From a candidate division FCPU426 bacterium (GTDB taxonomy: Bacteria > Oederibacteriota > JAAXVQ01 > JAUVAV01): a stretch of 18,895 nucleotides of DNA. The stretch's first letter is position 1. Each line of letters opens with the position of its first letter. Below the pieces are notes generated by a model. The model saw nothing but the letters and a program-made list of their open reading frames with translations. It ran no database searches and was not told the DNA's origin. Location of the stretch: NCBI GenBank assembly GCA_030637655.1, contig DAOWGI010000110.1, positions 1 through 18,895 of the forward strand, in the 5' to 3' direction. This document shows, piece after piece, positions 1 to 7,783 of this stretch. The translations under genes were made by a program, and so were the position numbers.

Positions 1-2
1 AC

Positions 3-404
3 ATTAGTAAAACAGCTATTAATATTAATGTCATCACCATAGGTGATTCTCAAATATATGCCGATGAAAATCAGCTTTTCCAGGTAATATTGAATATGTT
101 GCTCAATGCCATACATGCGTCAAAAGAAAGGCAGACGGTGGCCATAACTATAAATAACAGCGGCAATCACACCGAAATATCTATAGATGACGAAGGGGAA
201 GGGATACCACCTGAGAACCTTAAAAGGATATTTGAGCCATTTTATTCCACAAAAATCTATGGCACCGGCCTGGGATTGTCTACATGTAAAAGGATAATAA
301 AATCTCACGGCGGTAGAATTGACGTAGAAAGTGAAGTTGGGAAGGGAAGTAAATTTACTATTATTCTTCCTCATAAAGTTTTGCAACAAAAGGCGATAGC
401 TTAA
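3..404 (+). CDS. Sensor histidine kinase, C-terminal HATPase_c domain (5'-truncated by window edge)
   Basis: Frame open from position 3; N box QLFQVILNMLLNAIHA, G1 DDEGEGI, F box IFEPFYSTK, G2 GTGLGL, HGGRI...GKGSKF. Confidence 0.93.
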   Translation: MSKTAININVITIGDSQIYADENQLFQVILNMLLNAIHASKERQTVAITINNSGNHTEISIDDEGEGIPPENLKRIFEPFYSTKIYGTGLGLSTCKRIIKSHGGRIDVESEVGKGSKFTIILPHKVLQQKAIA

Positions 405-411
405 AATAAGA

Positions 412-745
412 TTAAAACTTACTCCTCGGATGTGCTTTGATATACTCTTTTCGTTTTTTATCATTTGCCACATGGGTATAAATTTGAGTAGTTGCTATTG
501 ATGAATAACCTAATAGTTCCTGGATTGTGCGCAGGTCGCATCCTTTGTCCAAAATGAGTAGCGTATGAATGCCTGAGAGTGTGTGGAGTAGACGGCGGAT
601 CGATACTGGCCAGCAGGGAAGCGCGGTTGATGATCTTTTGGATCATATTTCTCGTTATCCCGAAAAGATTATCCTTGTCCTTGTTAGGCTTCTGAAGAGA
701 GCCGAGATACTTGATAATTGCCAAGTAGACATAAGAAAAATTCAT
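412..745 (-). pseudogene. XerC/XerD-like tyrosine recombinase C-terminal fragment, frameshifted
   Basis: TPHTLRHSYATH in one frame; after a shift near 553 another frame reads LDKGCDLRTIQELLGYSSIATTQIYTHVANDKKRKEYIKAHPRSKF* (stop 412-414). Canonical LGH is LGY; N-terminal part absent. Confidence 0.88.
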
Positions 746-762
746 TTTTTTAACATTTTTTC

Positions 763-791
763 TTGTCTGTACTACCTTGTATGAGTATAAT
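763..791 (+). promoter_or_regulatory. Sigma70-type promoter for tRNA-Arg
   Basis: TTGTCT (763-768), 17 bp, TATAAT (786-791), 12 nt upstream of the tRNA. Confidence 0.7.
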
Positions 792-803
792 TCTTATCTC
801 ATT

Positions 804-878
<75 letters not shown>

Positions 879-880
<2 letters not shown>

Positions 881-991
881 GTCTTCGTTCGGAGCGAAGC
901 GACGAAAGAAGACTGCCACGGCGAAGCCGATTTTAGGCAAAGCCGGGCAGCAAGTAGGAACTTCGCTCCGAACTACGCCTGGGCAAGCCAG
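879..991 (+). repeat. 113-bp tRNA 3'-attached repeat, copy 1
   Basis: Starts in the CCA of tRNA-Arg; same length as and closely similar to 1767-1879 (shared AAGCCGGGCAGCAAGTAG, AACTTCGCTCCGAACTACGCC, GGCAAGCCAG). Confidence 0.9.
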
Positions 992-1010
992 TAACGTTAT
1001 TACTCTCGAT

Positions 1011-1039
1011 TAGAAGGCGGGTATCTCACCCGCCTTCTA
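1011..1039. terminator. 12-bp perfect hairpin, possible terminator or processing stem
   Basis: TAGAAGGCGGGT-ATCTC-ACCCGCCTTCTA; no U-tract, so function uncertain. Confidence 0.4.
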
Positions 1040-1080
1040 GCGTAAAATGGCAAAAGTGTATACAGAATAGAATAACATTC

Positions 1081-1560
1081 ATGACACAATCCAAACCTGA
1101 TGAATACTACATGTCACTGGCCCTGCGGGAAGCGCGAAAAGCGTTTCGGGCCGGAGAAGTCCCGGTAGGCGCTATTGTGGTCAAAGCGGATCAGATTATC
1201 GGACGTGGGTACAATCGCGTTGAACAGAAACAAGAGGCTATGCAGCACGCAGAGCTCATTGCCATGCGACAAGCAGCGCGGCGATTAAAGAGTTGGCGAT
1301 TGGAAGAATGTCAGTTGTATGTCACCTTAGAACCGTGTGCCATGTGCGCCGGCGCAATTATTTGGTCAAGAGTCGAAAAGGTAATATTTGGAGCCAAGGA
1401 TCCCAAAGCCGGGGCTTGCGGGTCGGTTTTAAGAATTCTGGGACATAAAAAATTGAATCACCAACCAAAAGTCAGTAAGGGTGTAGCTGCCGCAGAAAGC
1501 AGTCAACTGCTTAAGACTTTTTTTAAAGCGCTGCGGAAGCAAAAGAAAGCGGAGAGATGA
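1081..1560 (+). CDS. tadA: tRNA adenosine(34) deaminase
   Basis: GEVPVGA, HAE and TLEPCAMC zinc motifs, FGAKDPKAGACGS, C-terminal FFKALR. Confidence 0.96.
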   Translation: MTQSKPDEYYMSLALREARKAFRAGEVPVGAIVVKADQIIGRGYNRVEQKQEAMQHAELIAMRQAARRLKSWRLEECQLYVTLEPCAMCAGAIIWSRVEKVIFGAKDPKAGACGSVLRILGHKKLNHQPKVSKGVAAAESSQLLKTFFKALRKQKKAER

Positions 1561-1642
1561 CCGAGCTGGTCGAAGGTGCACGACTGGAAATCGTGTAGGC
1601 GTTAATAGCGTCTCGAGGGTTCGAATCCCTCTCTCTCCGCCA
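1551..1642 (+). tRNA. tRNA-Ser(GGA), overlaps the last 10 nt of tadA
   Basis: GGAGAGA/TCTCTCC acceptor, CACGA-CT-GGA-AA-TCGTG anticodon arm, long variable arm, GGTTCGAATCC, GCCA end. Confidence 0.96.
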
Positions 1643-1651
1643 GAAAATTTC

Positions 1652-1681
1652 TGTAGAGACGCGATTAATTGCGTCTCTACA
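1652..1681. repeat. GTAG-capped REP-like palindrome
   Basis: TGTAGAGACGCGATTAATTGCGTCTCTACA; second copy at 1983-2011. Confidence 0.85.
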
Positions 1682-1691
1682 TTTCAACCAT

Positions 1692-1768
1692 GGGGCAGTA
1701 GCTCAGTTTGGGAGAGCGCCGCGTTCGCATCGCGGAGGTCGACGGTTCGATCCCGTTCTGCTCCACCA
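1692..1768 (+). tRNA. tRNA-Ala(CGC)
   Basis: GGGGCAG/CTGCTCC acceptor with G3:U70 alanine determinant, CCGCG-TT-CGC-AT-CGCGG anticodon arm, GGTTCGATCCC, ACCA end. Confidence 0.96.
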
Positions 1769-1879
1769 GTCTTCCATCGTCGCTTCGCTCCGAACGAAGA
1801 CTGGTGCGGCGTAGCCAGTTTAAGGCGAAGCCGGGCAGCAAGTAGAAACTTCGCTCCGAACTACGCCCAGGCAAGCCAG
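1767..1879 (+). repeat. 113-bp tRNA 3'-attached repeat, copy 2 (first loop inverted)
   Basis: Starts in the CCA of tRNA-Ala; aligns ungapped with 879-991. Confidence 0.9.
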
Positions 1880-1982
1880 CAAGTGATCCGCGGACTGGAA
1901 GTTAGTCTGTGGTGGAATATATCACCATCGAATCGTAGGGGGTTCGAGGCCATGCACCAGACGGTGCATGGCAGAGTATTTC

Positions 1983-2011
1983 TGTAGAGACGCGATTAAT
2001 CGCGTCTCTGC
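1983..2011. repeat. GTAG-capped REP-like palindrome, copy 2
   Basis: TGTAGAGACGCGATTAATCGCGTCTCTGC; both copies are preceded by ATTTC. Confidence 0.85.
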
Positions 2012-2017
2012 CATTGC

Positions 2018-2109
<92 letters not shown>

Positions 2110-2566
2110 GATTTTTTCGCTTTCAGCGAAAAAATCAGAGAAGATGTGGCTTATTTCCCCTATTTTTTCAATTTTCGCTCTCAATTATTTTTCCCAACGT
2201 GTTTCACTGCAAAACCAGCATTGATTTTAAAGGATAAAAAGAGTGCCAAGCCGAAACGAATAAAAAACCCCAAAACACCTAGGCTATACTTTTTTAGGTA
2301 ACATAAATTTTGTGTTTTGTTGTTTCGTGTTTTATACTACTTTATTAATATAGGTCATACTTGTCGGCATAGTCGATAAATTTTAGTTTTTTTCGATTAT
2401 ATATTAGGTAGGTCCTGAACTCCCCTTTCTACGATGTGGGCTGGGGGGGGGGGTGGTTGCGTGGCGGGGTTGTAAAAACCCTTCGCAAAAAATTTCTGCG
2501 CTGTAAAAACAATTGACCAAATAATCCTAAGCAGCAGAGAAATATTGTAAAGTCAGGGAGTCCCGG

Positions 2567-3601
2567 CTATTTAACCAAAATTCGCAGGGCCGAAGGCACG
2601 ACCTGGATATGGAGTTTTTGTCGTCCCAGATATTCACCATCCAGGTGAACGTATTGACTCTGATTATCGACCTCCAGCTGTTTGCATTGCAAATATTCAA
2701 CATCCAAATATTTTTCCAGTTTTCCCCGTCGTAACCCCCAGAGATAACCGATAAAATTGAAAAACCCCCGTTTTTTAAAGAGACAAACATCCAAATAACC
2801 GTCATTAATTTTGGCATGCGGCAGCAGGACCAAATCACCGCCGTAATATTTCATGTTGCCCACGATCATAAAATAGCCTTTGTGGATTTTTTTGCTGTGA
2901 TCGATTTTGACGCGCAGACTCCGGAAAGGATAAACAAAGAAACCAACCAGGGCGGTAAAAGCCAAGGCAATGACGCCAAAAATTTTTTTTAAATTTCTAT
3001 CAGTGGCCTTGATGACAAAAGCATCGAAGCCGATGCCTGCCATACAGACAAAGTAGCGCTGATTGACTTTACCGAGATCCATGGTAATTATTCGGCCGTT
3101 CCTGAGCAGGGTACAGGCCGCCTTGATATTGGTGGGGATATTCATTTGCAAACCAAAAATGTTAATAGTCCCGGTTGGGATAACAGCCAAGACGGTTTTT
3201 GATCCAGCCAGACCATTGACTACCGCATTGATAGTGCCGTCGCCACCAACAGCAATAACTAAAGTATATTTTTGCTTAGCGCATTTGCGTGCCAAAGCGG
3301 TCGCTTCTTCCGGAGAGGAGCTGATTACGGATCTGGGACGGATGTTGTATTTTGCGAGCTCTGCCTCAATATAATCCAGCTCAGCCATAGGACTATACTT
3401 GATAGCTGAAAGCCTTTTTTTGACACCTAAGATTTGCTGAAAAAAAGGAGGAAAGAGTCCTTGTCCGGAGTGTGGATTGAAAATGAGCATAGTTTTCTTC
3501 CAAGCGTACCCCTTGGTGTGTATATTGACCGGGTTTAGGGAGCTTGGCTTTTTTGAGGGACCAGCAGCAGTGGACACCGGAAACCTCCTCAGTTGAGTCA
3601 C
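2567..3601 (-). CDS. Diacylglycerol/lipid kinase, YegS/Rv2252/BmrU family (start may lie further downstream)
   Basis: IFNPHSG, VGGDGTINAVVNG, IPTGTINIF, AGIGFDA, NMKYYGG, DGYLDV, HLDGE. Confidence 0.92.
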   Translation of the reverse strand: MTQLRRFPVSTAAGPSKKPSSLNPVNIHTKGYAWKKTMLIFNPHSGQGLFPPFFQQILGVKKRLSAIKYSPMAELDYIEAELAKYNIRPRSVISSSPEEATALARKCAKQKYTLVIAVGGDGTINAVVNGLAGSKTVLAVIPTGTINIFGLQMNIPTNIKAACTLLRNGRIITMDLGKVNQRYFVCMAGIGFDAFVIKATDRNLKKIFGVIALAFTALVGFFVYPFRSLRVKIDHSKKIHKGYFMIVGNMKYYGGDLVLLPHAKINDGYLDVCLFKKRGFFNFIGYLWGLRRGKLEKYLDVEYLQCKQLEVDNQSQYVHLDGEYLGRQKLHIQVVPSALRILVK

Positions 3602-3765
3602 TGTATTTAGTCTAGCATAGAAAGTAAAAAAAGAGGAGAAGCAAAGGCGTTTTCATTCGGGTATTTCCGGCAAGGTGAATTGTAATCACAAGTGCAACAT
3701 TTTATCATTTATTATTGAACTATAAAGACTTAAAGAAAAAGATCCACCACAATACCCAAACTACG

Positions 3766-3879
3766 GGCACGAGAGGCACTAAGGCCACAAAGGTTCACTA
3801 AGCAGCATAACGATTAATAATTAAGGTCTATCTTAGGCTTTCCTTTGTGTATCTTAGTGTCCTTAGTGCCTTTGTGGTG
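3766..3879. repeat. Imperfect inverted repeat built from ~9-nt CACWAAGG units
   Basis: Left arm GGCACGAGAGGCACTAAGGCCACAAAGGTTCACTAAG (3766-3802); reverse complement of right arm (3843-3879) CACCACAAAGGCACTAAGGACACTAAGATACACAAAG. Confidence 0.8.
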
Positions 3880-3983
3880 AGTTTTTTAAGGATAAAGTAA
3901 CTATTTGCCTGTTTGTGTAGCAATCAGGTAATGTTGCAATATGAGTTACAATCTGCCGTATTTCCAGCGAAAAGATTATTCCC

Positions 3984-4012
3984 TTGCATGATCGAGCATT
4001 GCTGTGTACACT
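3984..4012 (+). promoter_or_regulatory. Putative sigma70 promoter of typA
   Basis: TTGCAT, 17 bp, TACACT, 40 nt upstream of the ATG. Confidence 0.5.
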
Positions 4013-4052
4013 ATGCGCTTACTATTTTTAAATGAAAGGAAATTTTTAAGTA

Positions 4053-5888
4053 ATGATTAGAAATAATGTACGTAATATTGCCATTGTGGCACATGTTGAC
4101 CACGGCAAAACCACCTTGATTGATGCCATGTTGCAACAGAGCGGCGTGTTTAGTTCTCACGAAGCAGTGCAAGAACGAGTGATGGACAACAATCCTTTGG
4201 AGCGTGAACGCGGGATTACTATATTTTCCAAGCACGCGTCAATTAAGTATCAGGATATCAAAATAAACATTATCGACACACCCGGCCACGCTGATTTTGG
4301 CGGCGAGGTGGAACGTATTCTGCAAATGGTCGACGGAGTACTCTTATTAGTGGATGCTGCCGAAGGACCTTTGCCACAGACCAAGTTTGTTTTACGCAAA
4401 GCCCTGGAGCGAGGGTTAAAAGCCGTGGTGGTGGTTAATAAAATTGATCGTCCGGATGCCCAGCCGCACGAAACCCTGGATAAAATATTTGATCTATTTA
4501 TCTCTTTGCAGGCTACGGACGAACAGCTGGATTTCTCGGTCTTGTATGCCAGTTCCCGCGAGGGGTATGCGCGTACGGAAATGGATGAAGAGAACAGTGA
4601 CTTAAGCCCTTTGTTTCAATCCATTGTGAATGATTTACCGGGGCCGAACGTGGAGCCGGATAAATCGCTGCAAATGCTCGTAACCAACACAGATTATTCA
4701 GAATATTTGGGACGGTTGGCCATCGGCCGGATTAGCCGGGGACAGATCAGCAAAACAACACCTGTGGTTATGATTAAACAGAAAGACAATAGCGTGAAAC
4801 CATTCAAAATTTCTGCTTTGTATCAATACGAGGGTCTCAAGCGCGCAGACGCTGAACAAGCACAGGCCGGGGACATTATAGTATTGGCCGGTGCCGAAGC
4901 GATCCAAATCGGCGATACCATAGCGGATCAGGAAACGCCGGAAGCGCTGCCGGGATTAACAGTAGATGAACCAACCCTTACTATGGTGTTTACGGTAAAC
5001 AATAGTCCCTTTGCCGGACGCGAGGGACAATATGTAACGACGCGGCATCTACGCGACCGCTTATATCGCGAAGCACTGACCAATTTGAGTTTGCGGGTGG
5101 AAGATACCGAATCACCGGACGCACTCAAAGTCTCCGGGCGCGGAGAATTGCACTTGGCCATTCTGATTGAAACCATGCGCCGGGAAGGTTATGAATTCCA
5201 GGTCAGTAAACCCGAGGTAATTTTGCATTATGAAGGTAAGCAGACGTTGGAACCGTATGAGGAATTGATTTTGGAAGTGAACAACGACGCAGTGGGCACT
5301 TGCATCGAACGCCTGGGGTCGCGCCGGGCGGAAATGATCAATATGCACGCCTCGCCGGATGGTAAAACACGCTTAGCCTTTATAGTGCCGGCCCGCTGCC
5401 TGATGGGATTCCGCACGGAGTTTCTTACCATTACCCGGGGAGAAGGGTTGCTGCACCATATGTTCTCAGGCTACCAAGCATATAAAGGCGGGAATGTCGG
5501 CCGGACCCGCGGTGTGCTGATTGCTTCTCATCCCGGAACCGCAACCGCATATGCGTTGTTCCAATTGTCGAATCGCGGCGATTATTTTATTGAAGCCACG
5601 GACGAAGTGTACATTGGCATGGTGGTGGGAGAGCATTCCCGGGATAGCGATTTAGCAGTCAACATATGCAAGACCAAGCAGCTGTCCAATATGCGGAGCA
5701 AGTCCGCGGATGAGGCTTTGACCATCGCGCCTCCGCGACGCATGAGCTTGGAACAAAAACTGGAGTACATTAATGAAGACGAGCTGCTGGAAGTCACGCA
5801 AAAATCGTTACGCATACGTAAAAAGATTTTAGACGCCGTAGAACGCAAACGCAGTGAAAGGGCCAGAGAAAAAAAAGAAAGCGGATAA
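4053..5888 (+). CDS. typA: Translational GTPase TypA/BipA
   Basis: RNIAIVAHVDHGKTTL, ERERGITI, DTPGHADFGGEVER, NKID, GRGELHLAILIETMRREG, K-LSNMR C-terminal domain; 611 aa. Confidence 0.98.
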   Translation: MIRNNVRNIAIVAHVDHGKTTLIDAMLQQSGVFSSHEAVQERVMDNNPLERERGITIFSKHASIKYQDIKINIIDTPGHADFGGEVERILQMVDGVLLLVDAAEGPLPQTKFVLRKALERGLKAVVVVNKIDRPDAQPHETLDKIFDLFISLQATDEQLDFSVLYASSREGYARTEMDEENSDLSPLFQSIVNDLPGPNVEPDKSLQMLVTNTDYSEYLGRLAIGRISRGQISKTTPVVMIKQKDNSVKPFKISALYQYEGLKRADAEQAQAGDIIVLAGAEAIQIGDTIADQETPEALPGLTVDEPTLTMVFTVNNSPFAGREGQYVTTRHLRDRLYREALTNLSLRVEDTESPDALKVSGRGELHLAILIETMRREGYEFQVSKPEVILHYEGKQTLEPYEELILEVNNDAVGTCIERLGSRRAEMINMHASPDGKTRLAFIVPARCLMGFRTEFLTITRGEGLLHHMFSGYQAYKGGNVGRTRGVLIASHPGTATAYALFQLSNRGDYFIEATDEVYIGMVVGEHSRDSDLAVNICKTKQLSNMRSKSADEALTIAPPRRMSLEQKLEYINEDELLEVTQKSLRIRKKILDAVERKRSERAREKKESG

Positions 5889-5891
5889 ACT

Positions 5892-6362
5892 TTATTCAAT
5901 CTCCGTTACATACATCTTGCGCATATCTTCAATATACGACGTGCTGTATTCTTGTGGATATCCGCGCAAGACTTGACGGGCGTAGGTGAAAGCCACAAAC
6001 AAAGGCAGGTGTCGATTGGTCTCCTCTGCGTAGAATTTGTCAACCAAAAATTTGATTTCGCTGTTAGTGTATTGGGTAGGATATTTAAGCATATCCATAA
6101 ATTCACCGAGATCCAAATTGTCATAATTTTGAGTTTCCACCACACCCTGCAATAAATTAAGCACATAGTCATAACCACTCACAAAACCTGAAGTATAGAG
6201 CAGCAAGGACCCCGGCGGAGAACGCTTATCCATCACAGCCCAAAACACACCATCCATGTTTTTAAGATTTTTTTCAGGGGAAGTGCTTTTAGGGTCTGCC
6301 GCGACGCCGGCAAGGGGAAGCAGCAGAGCACACACCAGGCATATACTCAGTATTCTTTTCAT
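5892..6362 (-). CDS. Exported hypothetical protein with N-terminal signal peptide
   Basis: ATG at 6362 preceded by GGAGG; MKRILSICLVCALLLPLAGVAA-D signal-like N-terminus; convergent with typA. Confidence 0.75.
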   Translation of the reverse strand: MKRILSICLVCALLLPLAGVAADPKSTSPEKNLKNMDGVFWAVMDKRSPPGSLLLYTSGFVSGYDYVLNLLQGVVETQNYDNLDLGEFMDMLKYPTQYTNSEIKFLVDKFYAEETNRHLPLFVAFTYARQVLRGYPQEYSTSYIEDMRKMYVTEIE

Positions 6363-6488
6363 ACTTTCCTCCACATACTATCTTCGTAAAAAACAGCCGG
6401 AGGCTGAAATTAAAAATCAGGTATATTGCGCTTAAAAGCAGTTGTGGGCCTAAACAGAAAAAAGCGCACGTTTTCCGCGAAAGAATAT

Positions 6489-6517
6489 TTGACAAGCGTA
6501 TGTCAGAGTGATAAAGT
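6489..6517 (+). promoter_or_regulatory. Sigma70 promoter of the cold-shock gene
   Basis: TTGACA (6489-6494), 17 bp, TG-n-TAAAGT extended -10 (6512-6517). Confidence 0.7.
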
Positions 6518-6571
6518 TCGAAAACAAGCCTTTTAGGCAGGGGTTGATTCTAAGCAAGGAGAAGTGACTTC

Positions 6572-6796
6572 ATGTCAGTACAAGGAAAAGTAAAATGGTT
6601 TAACAATGCAAAAGGGTATGGTTTTTTAGAGCAGGATGGCAGTGATAATGATGTATTTGTCCATTTTTCAGTGATCCAAGCAGACGGGTTTCGTACGCTG
6701 AAAGAGGGCGAAGCAGTTGAGTTTGAAATTACCGAAGGCCCGAAAGGAAAGCAAGCAGCGAACGTAAAAAAAGTGAGCAGCGAAGCCGGCAACTGA
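6572..6796 (+). CDS. cspA: Cold-shock protein (CspA family)
   Basis: [14 protein letters not shown] (RNP1), DVFVHFS (RNP2), [32 protein letters not shown]; paralogue letter uncertain. Confidence 0.95.
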   Translation: MSVQGKVKWFNNAKGYGFLEQDGSDNDVFVHFSVIQADGFRTLKEGEAVEFEITEGPKGKQAANVKKVSSEAGN

Positions 6797-6812
6797 ATTA
6801 TATACGCGCGAG

Positions 6813-6843
6813 AAAAAACCGGTCCTTAGGGGCCGTTTTTTTT
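6813..6843 (+). terminator. Rho-independent terminator, probably bidirectional
   Basis: AAAAAAC-CGGTCC-TTAG-GGGCCG-TTTTTTTT directly after csp. Confidence 0.8.
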
Positions 6844-6913
6844 GCCGGCAAAAGGTGGGCCTTGGCAGTAGCACACCATTCCCTACAGCTCAAAAAGCAA
6901 GGAGCCTTGAGTC

Positions 6914-7582
6914 ATGTCGCGTCCTGTTCAAAATGCCATTGTTATTGGGTTGCTGATGTTGCTGGCAGTACCAAGCCAAAGCGGCATTTTTAAAAAAAAA
7001 GAGGAACGGATAGACTTACCCAAACCCAGTATCACCGAGGGAAAGAGCGTTGCCCAGGCACTGCAGCAGGCGAAGGCAACCAAAAAGTACAAATCCACCG
7101 CACTGACATTGGAAACCATTTCGCAACTGCTGTGGGCAGGACAGGGAGTGATTGATAAAAAAACCGGAGAGCGGACCGCGCCTTCAGTCATGAACTTCCA
7201 TATGCTGGATACCTATCTGCTGGTGGATCAGGTGCAGGGACTTGACATTGGTCTTTACCGCTACCATCCGAAAAAGCACCAACTGGCATTGCTCCGGACC
7301 GGGGACGTAAAGAAAAAAATGTGTCAAGCCCTGAGGTATGGAGAAGTTCGACAGGCACCAGTGAGTGTGATATTGGTTGGGCTGAGTATTCGCACACCCA
7401 ATCCCGAATGGTTATACCTGGAAGCCGGCCATGCGGCGCAGAATATCATCTTGCAAGCCGCGGCCCTGGACCTGGGGACACGTGCCATGACCGGATTTAA
7501 AGAGAAGAAGATACGCGCGATTTTACAACTTTCGGAAAAAGAAATACCTATCTATGTATTGCCCATTGGGAAAAGAAAATAG
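6914..7582 (+). CDS. SagB/ThcOx-family nitroreductase-like dehydrogenase with hydrophobic N-terminus
   Basis: IDLPKP, LTLETISQLLWAGQG, RTAPS, GLYRYHP, YLEAGHAAQNIILQAAALDLG, YVLPIGK. Confidence 0.88.
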   Translation: MSRPVQNAIVIGLLMLLAVPSQSGIFKKKEERIDLPKPSITEGKSVAQALQQAKATKKYKSTALTLETISQLLWAGQGVIDKKTGERTAPSVMNFHMLDTYLLVDQVQGLDIGLYRYHPKKHQLALLRTGDVKKKMCQALRYGEVRQAPVSVILVGLSIRTPNPEWLYLEAGHAAQNIILQAAALDLGTRAMTGFKEKKIRAILQLSEKEIPIYVLPIGKRK

Positions 7583-7716
7583 AAGTAAATCCCTTGCCCG
7601 CATCAAAACCTCTAAAGACAGATTCTTCAGCCAAAAGTAATTCCTAAAAAAAGAGGAAATGAAATGATTATTTTAAACTGTTTGCCGATGACGTTGTATA
7701 TATAAAAGATATTTGC

Positions 7717-7745
7717 TTGCGTGAAAAGATAAGCAAGATTATTAT
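7717..7745 (+). promoter_or_regulatory. Putative sigma70 promoter at the start of the defence island
   Basis: TTGCGT, 17 bp, TATTAT; overlapped by inverted repeat TTGCTT...AAGCAA. Confidence 0.45.
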
Positions 7746-7760
7746 AGGGTGAATTCGATA

Positions 7761-7783
7761 TGAAGGAGTTGGGGTATGAATAA
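7761..7783 (+). repeat. hsdM-like 3' tail / RBS direct repeat, copy 1 (KELGYE*)
   Basis: TGAAGGAGTTGGGGTATGA (7761-7779) is 18/19 identical to 9591-9609. Confidence 0.65.

Noticed and set aside
1880-1980. SRP RNA (ffs), often found near tadA/tRNA-Ser
   Set aside because: No helix-8 signature (CAGG...GGAA...AGCAG in the proper stem context) on either strand
2110-2525. Replication origin
   Set aside because: AT-rich, but I found no TTATCCACA DnaA boxes and there are no dnaA/dnaN neighbours
4011-5899. Short antisense or alternate-frame ORFs inside typA (and likewise inside hsdR, yhcG and the Schlafen gene)
   Set aside because: Fully nested in well-supported genes, with no recognisable motifs
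6914-7582. RiPP (azole) biosynthetic cluster
   Set aside because: The SagB-like gene is stand-alone; no YcaO, precursor peptide or transporter in the window
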